Assembly: GCA_051251855.1 (NCBI GenBank)
Contig: JBPOGI010000001.1
Coordinates: 1,536,001 to 1,600,000, forward strand
Length of the DNA stretch: 64,000 nucleotides
Source of the DNA: Roseibacillus sp.
GTDB taxonomy: Bacteria > Verrucomicrobiota > Verrucomicrobiia > Verrucomicrobiales > Akkermansiaceae
Direction of reading: 5' to 3'
The first letter of the stretch is position 1. Each line of letters opens with the position of its first letter. This document shows, one piece after another, positions 39,198 through 49,114 of the stretch. Both the position numbers and the translations under genes were made by a program. Below the pieces are notes generated by a model. The model saw only the letters and a list, made by a program, of their open reading frames with translations. It had not been told where the DNA came from and did not search any database.

Positions 39198-40721
39198 CTA
39201 CCACACAAAAGTCGCCATACTGTGGCCAGGGATTTCGTAGCCGAACCCCTGCTCACCATCAGCAACGCGGAAGCTACGCCCGTCGCCATTACGATTGAAC
39301 ACCACAAGCGACGCTCGATCTTTAGGTAGCAAGAACGCAATCGTATCAAGTCCTCCACTACCCGAACCACTGGCGGATACTCCGACTCGTTGCGCTCCTG
39401 GCAAAGCGGCCCTCGAGAGCTGCGCCATCGCAAAAAACTCTCTTTCATAAGCGATGTCCTTCTTCTCGGTATTGTAGGTTAAGAGACCATATCCTCGTGA
39501 ATCATCTCGCGGGCTCGGCCCCCAATTTTGATCCAAAACTAAGTTCCACTGCAACGCCGCTGCACTCCCCTCCAATTGCGGCCGAAGCCAGACGTGCGCC
39601 ATTCCCCACTCAATATCACTCCACCAGTCACCACGAACATCTCCCCATGCCGTGGCCTCCGTCGTTAAGATCATCTTCTTAGGGAGTTTCTCATTGAGTG
39701 CCCGATAGACCCTTTCCATCTCAGTCGCGTCACCCGAATAACAATGCCACGCACTCCCTGCAATCGCATCTTTAACGGTCGGGTCCGCAAAAATCTCAAG
39801 GACGCTTTCAAGCGGATCCTTTTTCACATCGCCTCCCATCACTCGATAGTCATTGGCATGCAGAGTCCAATTATGGTCATGCACGAAAAGCTGGGTCTTG
39901 AACCCTTCCGTTTCCAACCTCGGTGCGAGGAACTTTACCAATTGGATTTGGTCAGCGGCATCCATTCTCATACACGGATATTCCGAAAGGTCATTCTGAG
40001 GTTCGTTCTGCAGCGTGAGCCCGTAAATCTCAATTCCCTCAGCCTGGTAGCTTTGCAGGAACTTGATAAAGTAGTCAGCATAGGCCGAAAAAGAATCCCG
40101 TTTCAGGCGCGCAAAAACCCCAGCCTCCTTCTCCTCTTCACTCACCCCTCCAAGGCTTCCGTTTTCCTTCATCCATGCCGGCGCACTCCATGGCGTGCCA
40201 ATGAGGCGCAAGTCGGGCGCAATCTCCAAAATATCTTTCAGAACAGGAATGACTGCCGCTTGATCGCGGGCAATCGAAAAGCCTTCTAAGTCTGGCGAAG
40301 GCTCATCGCAATACGTCCAATAGTCCTCAGTCGCGACATAATCAGAAGCACCAACCGCCAAACGTAAAACCCGAAATCCCGCCCCCTTCTCAATCGAGAA
40401 CAAGCGCTCAAGCACGGCGCGATACCGAGCCTCGTCGTCCGAGCGCAGATTCAACAAGAGAACAGCCGCGCTATCGGTCAAAGCAGCCCCATAGCCCAAC
40501 ATCAACTGAAACACCTGCGAGCGATCAATCGAGATGATCGCGCCATCCCCGGCCCCCTTGCTATCTAGTTCCAAAGAACTCTGCTGAGCCAACCGAGCGT
40601 CGTCTGTATCGATGGTTGATAACAACACCTCGACTTCGGCACTGAGTGCGAGCGTCGAACCGACGAAGACGAAAGCAAGATACGTCTGAGCTAATTTTCT
40701 AATCATCAGGAAAGTGACCAT
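39198..40721 (-). CDS. GH30 glycoside hydrolase (glucosylceramidase/beta-1,6-glucanase-like), secreted
   Basis: GYGAALTD, PWSAPAWMK, QNEP (acid/base), DHNW, WHCYSG and TE (nucleophile) motifs. Confidence 0.88.
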   Translation of the reverse strand: MVTFLMIRKLAQTYLAFVFVGSTLALSAEVEVLLSTIDTDDARLAQQSSLELDSKGAGDGAIISIDRSQVFQLMLGYGAALTDSAAVLLLNLRSDDEARYRAVLERLFSIEKGAGFRVLRLAVGASDYVATEDYWTYCDEPSPDLEGFSIARDQAAVIPVLKDILEIAPDLRLIGTPWSAPAWMKENGSLGGVSEEEKEAGVFARLKRDSFSAYADYFIKFLQSYQAEGIEIYGLTLQNEPQNDLSEYPCMRMDAADQIQLVKFLAPRLETEGFKTQLFVHDHNWTLHANDYRVMGGDVKKDPLESVLEIFADPTVKDAIAGSAWHCYSGDATEMERVYRALNEKLPKKMILTTEATAWGDVRGDWWSDIEWGMAHVWLRPQLEGSAAALQWNLVLDQNWGPSPRDDSRGYGLLTYNTEKKDIAYEREFFAMAQLSRAALPGAQRVGVSASGSGSGGLDTIAFLLPKDRASLVVFNRNGDGRSFRVADGEQGFGYEIPGHSMATFVW

Positions 40722-40805
40722 ACCTTGCCCCTTCCAGAGTCTCTGCCAAAATACAAATCTCAGAAAAGAATCATTGCCGACGCCTTCCCACGATAGGCAG
40801 TCACC

Positions 40806-40867
40806 GGAGGGGCGGCCTTTATTGCCGCCCTTTTTGCCACTCCGGCGGCAGTAAATGCCGCCGCTCC
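40806..40867. repeat. REP-like inverted doublet (GGAG class)
   Basis: GGAGGGGCGGCCTTTATTGCCGCC ... GGCGGCAGTAAATGCCGCCGCTCC: 24-nt inverted arms, each self-hairpinning. Confidence 0.72.
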
Positions 40868-40876
40868 ATTTCTTTG

Positions 40877-42622
40877 CTAATCTCTCTTCTTGCGGAAGTT
40901 CTTCTTACCACCCGTCCCGCCGTTAATCCCTCCAGGGGCACCAGGATTCTTATCGAAGTCCAAGCGAAACGGCTTCCCTTTCAGCTTCGCATCCTTCGCC
41001 ACCGCAATGGCATCATCGGCGACATCGCTTTGCACTTCCACGAGACAATGCTTGGGGAACATGTGAATACGACCCACAGCTCCGCGCGGAAGGTTCGCCT
41101 CATTGTAGAGGAGACCCGCAATATCCTTGGGCTGCAGGTGCATGGCCTTACCCATATTCAAGAAGAGTCGGGTCATCCCTTGCTCAGCTTCTCCACTATC
41201 ATCGCGGCTGCGACGAGGTCCACGCTCATTGCGCTCGCGACGATCACCACCCATCTCACCACCGCGATCACGGGGTTCGCGCTCGCGGCGACGGCCGGGG
41301 CGGTCCTCATCAATCTCCTGACCTTCGCGATTTTCTTTCTCGGACAGCATATTGAACAATACCGAAGCGATGTCCGTTCCCGTATGTCCTTGGTCTAGGA
41401 GACGGTCGATCTGCTCGGAGTAATCTTTCCATTCTCCCGCCTCTAACTTTTCACGCACACTTTCAAAGAGCTGGTCAGCAAGTTTCCCCCCGACTTCTTC
41501 CAAGGAAGGAATCCGAGCCCGCGGAATACTCTGCTTAATGTAGCGCTCCACATTCTGGAGCCTGTAAATATCACGCCCATAAACAAACGTCACCGCACGC
41601 CCCTTGCGCCCCGCTCGGCCAGTCCGACCAATACGGTGAACATAATCCTCAGGGTCTTGCGGTAAATCATAGTTCGCCACCAGGTCAATTTCATCGATAT
41701 CGATGCCGCGAGCTGCCACATCCGTCGCCACCAAAATCTCCACAGTGCTCTTACGGAAGCGCGCCAAAGTCCGTTCGCGCTGGTCTTGCGAAATATCACC
41801 ATGAAGGCGATCCGCTGAATAACCCCGCGCATTCAAAGTTTCACAAACTTCATCCACCACTCGGCGCGTGTTACAAAAGACAATCGCCAAACGCGGCTCA
41901 TCCATATCGAGAATCCGCGAAAGCACTTCCACCCGAGAGCGGTTGCGCACTTCATAGGAAACCTGTTCAATCGCCTCTACCGTCAGCGTCTTGCGCTCAA
42001 TCTCGATGGTGCGGGGATTATTGCCGAACTTCCGAATGAGTCCACCAACGCCCTTGTTCATGGTCGCAGAGAAAAACAAGGTTTGGTGCTCATCCGGCAT
42101 CACCGAGAGCAATTCCTCCATTTCCTCGCGGAAACCCATGTCCAACATCCGGTCCGCCTCATCGAGAACAACCGTCTTAATCTTCTTCGGATCAAAAGTG
42201 CCCCGACGCAAATGATCCTGCAGTCGACCAGGCGTTCCTACAATGACATGAACACCCTTCCGCAACTGACGCAACTGGCGGTCAATAGGAGCTCCTCCGT
42301 AAACCGGAATCGCCCGAAAGCCTTTCAAATATTTCCCCAAGACATGAATCTCCTCACAAACCTGATTCGCCAGCTCACGGGTCGGACAAACCACTAGGAC
42401 CTGAGGCGAAGCATCGTCCAAATCAATATTAGAAAGGAAAGGCAAGCCAAAGGCTGCGGTCTTGCCCGAGCCTGTCTGTGACAGTCCAATAATGTCCTCA
42501 CCCGACATCGCTGCCGGAATGGCCGCCGCCTGAATAGCTGACGGATTCTCAAAACCCAGCTCTTTCACCGCCCGCAGAAGCTCTTCCGGCAGGCCCAACT
42601 CATCAAAACTCAATTCACTCAT
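40877..42622 (-). CDS. deaD: DEAD-box RNA helicase DeaD/CsdA with DbpA RNA-binding domain
   Basis: Q motif, TGSGKT, PTRELA, DEAD, SAT and [11 protein letters not shown]-terminal '[10 protein letters not shown]' domain; start at ATG 42622. Confidence 0.9.
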   Translation of the reverse strand: MSELSFDELGLPEELLRAVKELGFENPSAIQAAAIPAAMSGEDIIGLSQTGSGKTAAFGLPFLSNIDLDDASPQVLVVCPTRELANQVCEEIHVLGKYLKGFRAIPVYGGAPIDRQLRQLRKGVHVIVGTPGRLQDHLRRGTFDPKKIKTVVLDEADRMLDMGFREEMEELLSVMPDEHQTLFFSATMNKGVGGLIRKFGNNPRTIEIERKTLTVEAIEQVSYEVRNRSRVEVLSRILDMDEPRLAIVFCNTRRVVDEVCETLNARGYSADRLHGDISQDQRERTLARFRKSTVEILVATDVAARGIDIDEIDLVANYDLPQDPEDYVHRIGRTGRAGRKGRAVTFVYGRDIYRLQNVERYIKQSIPRARIPSLEEVGGKLADQLFESVREKLEAGEWKDYSEQIDRLLDQGHTGTDIASVLFNMLSEKENREGQEIDEDRPGRRREREPRDRGGEMGGDRRERNERGPRRSRDDSGEAEQGMTRLFLNMGKAMHLQPKDIAGLLYNEANLPRGAVGRIHMFPKHCLVEVQSDVADDAIAVAKDAKLKGKPFRLDFDKNPGAPGGINGGTGGKKNFRKKRD

Positions 42623-42831
42623 GGTCAATAACCCACGATGACTTGACGGTTCATAAATGCTCTTCAATGAGAGCGTTCAAGACGCTGCGGGGGCGAGGGC
42701 CTTAGCAGGGGGAATTCAGAAAAGAAATAGAAATCGAGATTATTAGTAAATACGTCACGATTTTGTCACCTTTTTTGCTTTCTAACTTGGCCCGAAGCCT
42801 GCTGACTTTATTTTGTCCCAATTATCAAATC

Positions 42832-43479
42832 ATGAAATTCCACACTCTCCTTGCTCTAACGACCTTCACAGCTGCCTCGGGTAGCTATGGTTCCCTAATA
42901 TTCACAGGCGTTGTCGACGGCACCCAAACTGGGGGAATTCCCAAAGCCATCGAAATTATGTCCACAGTCGACGGAACCGAGCTTTCAGATTTCTTTATTC
43001 TCCGTGATACGAACGGAACCTCTGGTGGACCATTTACGGTTTCCAGCGACTTTCAGCTTCCAGCAGGAACATTGGACGCTGGAGAATTCTATTACATCTA
43101 TGGTGGCACTTCTTCTGAGACAATCATGGAAGGTTTTGGAATTGGAAACACTGATACGAATGCAGTGGTCGATGGAATCGCCAACCAGAATGGTGACGAT
43201 ATCCTAGCTATCTCAACTTCGTTACTCCCAGCGGACGTCGTCGATGGTTTTGGTCTTCTAGGTCAGGGCGACACTGACTTCTACGCAAATAGTGTTTCCT
43301 ATCGCCAAGCGGGCACCGATGCGAATCCTACCGGTGTTGCTGATGGAGGAAACTTTGATATCTCAGCCTATAGCGACGCTAGTCTTCAAGCAACTTTTGG
43401 AACTTACGTTATCCCTGAACCTACCACAGCTCTTCTGGGTGGCCTCGGCTTCTTGGCCCTCCTTCGTCGCCGTCGCTAA
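42832..43479 (+). CDS. PEP-CTERM protein with lamin-tail-like domain
   Basis: Signal peptide from ATG 42832; 'GVVDG..TGGIPKAIE...NGDD'; IPEPTTALLGGLGFLALLRRRR. Confidence 0.9.
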   Translation: MKFHTLLALTTFTAASGSYGSLIFTGVVDGTQTGGIPKAIEIMSTVDGTELSDFFILRDTNGTSGGPFTVSSDFQLPAGTLDAGEFYYIYGGTSSETIMEGFGIGNTDTNAVVDGIANQNGDDILAISTSLLPADVVDGFGLLGQGDTDFYANSVSYRQAGTDANPTGVADGGNFDISAYSDASLQATFGTYVIPEPTTALLGGLGFLALLRRRR

Positions 43480-43504
43480 TCTCTTTTATTTGTTTAAACT
43501 TTCT

Positions 43505-43538
43505 AAAAAGCAGTCTCATTGCGAGGCTGCTTTTTTTT
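43505..43538 (+). terminator. Rho-independent terminator
   Basis: AAAAAGCAGTCTC-attgc-GAGGCTGC-T8. Confidence 0.85.
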
Positions 43539-43575
43539 GTGGCCTGCCCCCTCACCTGTCCCTTGTAATCGTCAA

Positions 43576-44994
43576 ATGACCCAACTCCTCCTCACCTTCT
43601 TATTCTGCGGAACCCTTTTCGCTGAGAAACCCAACATCCTCATGATTCTCGCCGACGACATGGGATACAGCGACTTGGGATGCACTGGCTCGACCACCAT
43701 CAAGACCCCCCACATCGACGGACTCGCCGAGCGCGGTATTCTTTGCAAGCAGGGCTATGTCCCCTCCTCAGTCTGCTCCCCGTCCCGCGCCGGCATTCTC
43801 ACCGGTCGCGATCCTCGGCGCTTTGGCTACGAAGGGAACCTCAACAAGGGCGGCGACTCCTATCCCACCCGCCACGACCTCCAGGGCCTCCCCGTCTCCG
43901 AGCACACCCTTGCCGATCATCTCAAAGCTGTCGGCTACGCCACTGCCCTAGTTGGAAAATGGCATCAAGGTACCACCGCTCCATTCCACCCCAACGTGCG
44001 AGGCTTTGACCATTTTTACGGCATGCTTAACGGAGGCCACGACTACTTCCCCACTGCTGAGAAAAACAACCTCCAAGAAAATGGCCAACCTCTCACTGAG
44101 TTTTCCTCCTCCTACATCACCGACCTCTTCACCGACGAGGCCATCAAGTGGATCGGCTCTCAGGAAAAGGAAACCCCTTGGTTTCTCTTCGCTTCCTACA
44201 ATGCGCCGCACACTCCGATGCAGGCCACCGAGAAAGACCTCGCCCTCTACTCTCATATTCAAAACAAAACCCGTCGCACCTACGCCGCCATGATGCATGC
44301 CCTCGATCGTGGAGTGGGCAGGCTCGTATCACACCTCGAAGAATCAGGAGAATTGGAAAACACCCTCATCGTCTTCTTCTCCGACAACGGCGGCGCGACC
44401 AACAATGGCTCATGGAACGGACCATTCGCCGGTCGCAAAGGTTCCCTGCGCGAAGGCGGCACTCGAGTTCCCTTCCTCATCAGTTGGCCCGCCATGTTGC
44501 CCCAAGGCCAAACCTATCAAAAAGCGATCTCCGCCCTCGACCTTCTTCCCACCTTCATGGCCGCAGCAAATTCCGAGCCCCTACCTTTAAAAGCAGCGCC
44601 ATCCCACGAAGATGCCCGCAACCGAAGAAGAGCCAGCCAGCGCTATGGAGACTACGATGGCCAAAACCTACTTCCCAAATTTCTCACCAACGACGACGAC
44701 TCCGAAGAACGCCTCCTCTTCTGGCGTCTCCAAGGCCAAAGCGCGGTTCTCTCCGGAGACCGAAAATTAGTCAAACTCTCCCACCGCCCCGCCCAGCTCT
44801 TTGCGCCCGCAACCGACTTAGGCGAACGCGATGACCTCGCCAACGAAGAGACCGAAGTAATGGCCGAGCTCTTCCGACTTCTCGGCGAGTGGGAATCCTC
44901 CCTCGCCACCGTTCCCCTTTGGGACTCATCACCCCATTGGAACGCCGACTCCGCTAGAATCTACGACACTCCTCCTTCCGAAGAGCCCAAATAG
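43576..44994 (+). CDS. Secreted S1 Cys-type sulfatase
   Basis: DDMGYSD, CSPSRAG, GKWH, YNAPHTP and DNGG motifs; start at ATG 43576. Confidence 0.9.
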   Translation: MTQLLLTFLFCGTLFAEKPNILMILADDMGYSDLGCTGSTTIKTPHIDGLAERGILCKQGYVPSSVCSPSRAGILTGRDPRRFGYEGNLNKGGDSYPTRHDLQGLPVSEHTLADHLKAVGYATALVGKWHQGTTAPFHPNVRGFDHFYGMLNGGHDYFPTAEKNNLQENGQPLTEFSSSYITDLFTDEAIKWIGSQEKETPWFLFASYNAPHTPMQATEKDLALYSHIQNKTRRTYAAMMHALDRGVGRLVSHLEESGELENTLIVFFSDNGGATNNGSWNGPFAGRKGSLREGGTRVPFLISWPAMLPQGQTYQKAISALDLLPTFMAAANSEPLPLKAAPSHEDARNRRRASQRYGDYDGQNLLPKFLTNDDDSEERLLFWRLQGQSAVLSGDRKLVKLSHRPAQLFAPATDLGERDDLANEETEVMAELFRLLGEWESSLATVPLWDSSPHWNADSARIYDTPPSEEPK

Positions 44995-45047
44995 AAAACA
45001 CTCAGGGCTAAACCTAGCGCTGTGCTAGAACTGAGGTATCATCACCT

Positions 45048-46043
45048 ATGAATCAGTTTTTCCAACAGGCCTACCTGGGCTCTCTCGTCGCTGATGCCCT
45101 CGCAATGCCCGGCCACTGGTACTACGATCGCGAAGCTCTTGAACGCGACTACGGCAAGCTCGACCACTACCAAACACCGCGCAATCCTCACGCTGATAGT
45201 ATTCTCTTCCGCTCCAAATACACTCCTCTCAACGAACAGGGTGAAATCCTTCACGACCAAGCACAATACTGGGGAAAACACGGCATCCACTATCACCAAT
45301 TTCTAACAGAAGGCGAAAACACTCTCAACCTTCAACTCGCCATCTTGCTGAACAAGCTCACCTTGGCTACCGGACATTACGACGCTGGTCTCTGGATCGA
45401 CTTTTACACTCAGTTCATGCTGACCCCCGGCAACCACCGCGACACCTACTTGGAAGAATATCACCGCGGCTTTTTTACCAACTTTTCCAAAGGCAAGGAC
45501 AAGCGCAAATGCGGCATCAAAGATGAGCATATTGGCGGTCTTTCCCAAGTCCCCGCCCTCCTTGCCGCGCTGCCAGAGGACGCCGATTGGCGCACCACAG
45601 TGAAAGAGCATGTCGCTCTCACTCACCGTCACTCCAACGTCCTTCGCGCCGCCGATTGCTTCGCCCGCATTCTGCACGCGATGGAAAACGGCGTCAGCCT
45701 CCGCGAAGCCATCGCCAAAGCCGCCGGAGATTGGTTCTCCACCCGTAAAGCGCAGAAGTGGTCTCTTCGTTCCGACCAAACGATTATTGGACGAGTTCTC
45801 AGCCCCGCCTGCTACATCGACCAAGCCTTTCCCGCCGCCCTCTACCTCGCTTGGAAGTATTACGACGACTTCGAAGCGGGCATTACTGCCAACGCTCAAG
45901 TAGGAGGCGACAGCTGTCACCGTGGCGTCGTCGTCGGAGCCCTGTTAGGTGCCAGTAATGGTGTCGACTCCCAATGGACCGACGGGCTCTACAGCCTCTC
46001 TAACAGCGCCGACCGAATCTCACTCAGTCGCTCAGGTGGGTAA
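45048..46043 (+). CDS. ADP-ribosylglycohydrolase family protein
   Basis: LGSLVADALAM, LTH and 'NAQVGGDSCHRGVVVGALLGA' motifs. Confidence 0.82.
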   Translation: MNQFFQQAYLGSLVADALAMPGHWYYDREALERDYGKLDHYQTPRNPHADSILFRSKYTPLNEQGEILHDQAQYWGKHGIHYHQFLTEGENTLNLQLAILLNKLTLATGHYDAGLWIDFYTQFMLTPGNHRDTYLEEYHRGFFTNFSKGKDKRKCGIKDEHIGGLSQVPALLAALPEDADWRTTVKEHVALTHRHSNVLRAADCFARILHAMENGVSLREAIAKAAGDWFSTRKAQKWSLRSDQTIIGRVLSPACYIDQAFPAALYLAWKYYDDFEAGITANAQVGGDSCHRGVVVGALLGASNGVDSQWTDGLYSLSNSADRISLSRSGG

Positions 46044-46393
46044 GGTTCCTTCGCGTCACTACTCCAGACCACTCCCGGCCAAGCGGGGTCATCGGGCGAA
46101 CGTCCCACCACATGAATGTGCATCTGCCGCACCTGATTCCCAATGCAAGCCACGTTCAACTTCTCCGGCTGGAAATACTCTTCGACCACCCTCGAGACCG
46201 CTCGCAGCAAAAACATGACCTCCCCATATTGTTCCGGGCTCAATTGGTGAAGGTCTTCGATTCCAGACTCCACCTCTGGGACGATAATGACCCAGGGAAA
46301 ATGCTGGTTGTTCTTCAGCAAAACCCGACAGCCATTTCGAACAACGACTTCGACTGAACTCTTGAGGAGGCGGGGATTCACTTCAAACGACAT
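45989..46393 (-). CDS. HIT family protein
   Basis: FPWVIIVP and KLNVACIGNQVRQMHIHVVGR..DDPAWPG motifs. Confidence 0.87.
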   Translation of the reverse strand: MSFEVNPRLLKSSVEVVVRNGCRVLLKNNQHFPWVIIVPEVESGIEDLHQLSPEQYGEVMFLLRAVSRVVEEYFQPEKLNVACIGNQVRQMHIHVVGRSPDDPAWPGVVWSSDAKEPYPPERLSEIRSALLERL

Positions 46394-46405
46394 GATGCAA
46401 AGGAG

Positions 46406-47647
46406 CTATTCCCCATGCTGCACTCGACGTCGAATGAGGTCCAGCACCACTTGGCTAACCTGTTCCTTGAAAGACTTTCTACCACGTGGGTAACACCTCT
46501 TAAAGACCGCCACTTCCTTCCCCTTCTCGGCGATTCCGATGAAAACCGTTCCCACCGGCTTTTCATCGCTCCCTCCATCCGGTCCCGCAATCCCCGTCAC
46601 CGAGACCGCTAGATCCGCGCCACTCGCCGCCAAGGCTCCCGCCGCCATTTCGCTACATACCTCTTCGCTCACCGCTCCAAAGTTCGCCAACGAGTCCTCA
46701 CTGACTCCTAACATCTGCGCCTTTGCCTCATTCGCATAAGTCACAAAACCATGGGTCAACACCGCACTCGCTCCCGGCACATCCGTGAGTCGGCTGGCAA
46801 TCATTCCGCCCGTGCAGCTCTCTGCCGTGGCCAGCTTCAGCCCACGATTCGTCAACTCCCGAATAACCACCGTCTCCAAGTTAGCGCCATCATCGCTCAC
46901 ATAGAATTTCTCAAAAGCCTTCTCAGCCAACGCTCGTCCCGCCCCCACCGCTTCAGAACCACCAATGAGACGTAAGTCCAACTCCCCCAAACGCGCACAG
47001 TAGCCAAATTCCAGTCCCTCGATCGCCTGCAGCTCATCATCGAGTCCTTCCGCAAACGAGCTTTCGCCAATTCCCACAAATTTTAACTCAATCGCCTCCC
47101 CCGCATCCTCAATCCCCGCCAACGCCTTCAGACGCGGCGCCACTTCAGCTTGAAACATCGGCTGAAGCTCTCTCGGCGGCCCGGGCAGCAAAAAGACCGC
47201 ACACGCCGAAACCTTACCCAAGCGCGGCGGAACATAGGTCCCTGGTGCCGTTCCATTGGGGTTCACCAAGACATCGGAACCCACTGGAACCATCGCTTGC
47301 TTCAAATTCGCCTCCGGAAAATGACCATAACCTCTCTTCTCGAAATACGCCTTCATGGTCCGAACAGCCTCCTCGTCCTGAATCAGCTCCACGCCCAAGA
47401 CTTCCCCCGTCGCCTCCCGTGTCACGTCATCGCTCGTAGGCCCCAGCCCTCCCGTCACAATCAGAGCATCGCATCGCAACAACGACTCCCGCATCGTCTC
47501 CAGAATCGCCTCTCCGTCTGGAACCGTCGTCTGACGCTGAACCCGCAAGCCCATTTTGAGCAACTCCTGCCCCATCCAATGCCCGTGAGTGTTTAACGTA
47601 GAGCCTAACAACAACTCAGTTCCCGTATTCAGAATTTCGATTCGCAC
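46406..47647 (-). CDS. cinA: CinA (MocF-like ADP-ribose pyrophosphatase domain fused to NMN deamidase PncC)
   Basis: GTELLLG, TGGLGPTSDDVT, PGPPRE, AESCTGG and TGIAGPDGG..KPVGTV motifs. Confidence 0.93.
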   Translation of the reverse strand: MRIEILNTGTELLLGSTLNTHGHWMGQELLKMGLRVQRQTTVPDGEAILETMRESLLRCDALIVTGGLGPTSDDVTREATGEVLGVELIQDEEAVRTMKAYFEKRGYGHFPEANLKQAMVPVGSDVLVNPNGTAPGTYVPPRLGKVSACAVFLLPGPPRELQPMFQAEVAPRLKALAGIEDAGEAIELKFVGIGESSFAEGLDDELQAIEGLEFGYCARLGELDLRLIGGSEAVGAGRALAEKAFEKFYVSDDGANLETVVIRELTNRGLKLATAESCTGGMIASRLTDVPGASAVLTHGFVTYANEAKAQMLGVSEDSLANFGAVSEEVCSEMAAGALAASGADLAVSVTGIAGPDGGSDEKPVGTVFIGIAEKGKEVAVFKRCYPRGRKSFKEQVSQVVLDLIRRRVQHGE

Positions 47648-47735
47648 GCAGGCAGCTTCGTCCCATTCTCGAAATGCTCAAACCCGGATTCAGAAAAATC
47701 GCGACAAGGCTCAGAACAGCCCTTATCTTTTCTCC

Positions 47736-48425
47736 ATGAAGCTTACAGCTCTTCTTACTCTGCTCAGCCTCGGCAGCCTTTCTGCCGAAGTGCGCGACTG
47801 GACCAGCGCAGACGGCACCCGCACCTTCAGTGGCGAAGTCACCGCCTACGAAAAGGCGACCAACACCGTCAAAGTCTCCGTCGATGGCCAAGAGGTCAGC
47901 TTCACCACCGACAAGCTTTCCGAAGAAGACCGCGAATACCTTTCCACTTGGACTAAAGAAGCAAAGCCCAAGATCGAAACCGACGTAGCCCAAACCATTC
48001 CTCTGCTCCTCAAATCGGATAAACTCCACCGCCTGAGCGAGAAAAAGTTCGTGGAGACCGAGCTCGAAAAGACGCCCCAATACTTCCTCCTCTACTACTC
48101 TGCCTCCTGGTGACCTCCCTGTGTCAAAAGCGCTCCACAGTTAGTGGAGAAATACAACAAGCTCATTGGTCCCAATCCACTCTTCGAAATGGTTCACATC
48201 TCGATGGACGAAGACGTCAAGTCCGCCACCCAGTGGGCCGCCAAAGAGTCTTTCCCTTGGCTCACCATTCTCCCCGAGGCCAAGCCCGAAGGCGTGATGA
48301 GCTACTACCCCGAAGAAGGCGTCCCCGAGTATATGCTCGTTGATACCGCTGGAAAAATTGTTCTCGTCGCTCCCGGAGAGCAAGTTTTCGAAAAAATGAC
48401 CGAGCTTGCCAACACCGCTAAATAA
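47736..48425 (+). CDS. Exported SHD1-domain/thioredoxin-like (nucleoredoxin/tryparedoxin type) protein with in-frame TGA; probable selenoprotein (UxxC)
   Basis: ORFs 47589-48113 and 48144-48425 are in the same frame. Read-through gives YYSASW-U-PPC, then FEMVHISMD, FPWL and GVPEYMLVD. N-terminal signal peptide plus 'RDWTSADG...KLSEEDREYL' SHD1. Confidence 0.8.
48133..48149 (+). promoter_or_regulatory. Candidate bacterial SECIS apical hairpin
   Basis: CTCCAC-AGTTA-GTGGAG perfect 6-bp stem; 25 nt separate the TGA (48111-48113) from the loop; G at loop position 2. Confidence 0.6.
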
Positions 48426-48432
48426 CCTCGGA

Positions 48433-48864
48433 TCAAGCCAAAACCTTCCCTCGCAAACTTGCTGGGGGAAGCTGGCACTCTTCGCTCGCTCCGAACCACT
48501 GTCGGCGATTGCGTGCAATCAGGTCGTAGAACCAGTCGCGAATCGACCTTGGAAAAAGACCTCCCACAACTGAAAGGAAGGCCCAAAACCCTCCCAACTC
48601 CCTCAACAGGGACAGCGCCCCACTGCTTTTAAAGGTCACCTCCTTCCTTTCTCGATCCCAATAGACAAAAGTCTCCGCCCCCTCCCCAGCCTCGGGCAAG
48701 CCTAACTCCTCCCGATACTGCGACGCAAACTCGCTCTCAAGGGCCGCGAACCATATCTCCCCCCGCCGGTCCCTCCTGTGTGTCCACTGAACCGCCGCAG
48801 AACAGAGCAAACACCCCCCGTCAAAAAACACAATCTTACGCGCCTGCTCCATCTTCCGAAACAT
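48433..48864 (-). CDS. DCC1/DUF393 family thiol-disulfide oxidoreductase
   Basis: FFDGGCLLC (DxxCxxC) and RDWFYDLIARNRRQWFG..C motifs; start probably 48864 or 48852, not 49020. Confidence 0.88.
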   Translation of the reverse strand: MFRKMEQARKIVFFDGGCLLCSAAVQWTHRRDRRGEIWFAALESEFASQYREELGLPEAGEGAETFVYWDRERKEVTFKSSGALSLLRELGGFWAFLSVVGGLFPRSIRDWFYDLIARNRRQWFGASEECQLPPASLRGKVLA

Positions 48865-49114
48865 AGCAGAGCCCTTTCGATTTGCGAATCGAACTTCTGG
48901 AGTGAACAGTGGTTTTGCCCTTTGCGCCGCGAGTGAGAAACCAGTCATCTCGGCGGGATAGAAAAAGAACCAGCCCAAACGACCGGCACAGCCTTCGAGC
49001 GACAAAGGCACCTGCCACACTTCAGAAATAGTTTAACTGACAACCATGAGATTGCTTCGCGACAGAATCCCCTTTTTCCGATAGTAGATAAGGCAAGAAC
49101 ACTTAGAATTTCTC

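Noticed and set aside
39198..40721. GH30 as glucosylglycerate hydrolase
   Set aside because: GH30 acts on beta-linkages and this protein is secreted and convergent; glucosylglycerate is alpha-linked and cytoplasmic.
47589..48425. Two separate ORFs (174 aa and 93 aa)
   Set aside because: Same frame, split inside the thioredoxin active site; better explained as one gene starting at ATG 47736.
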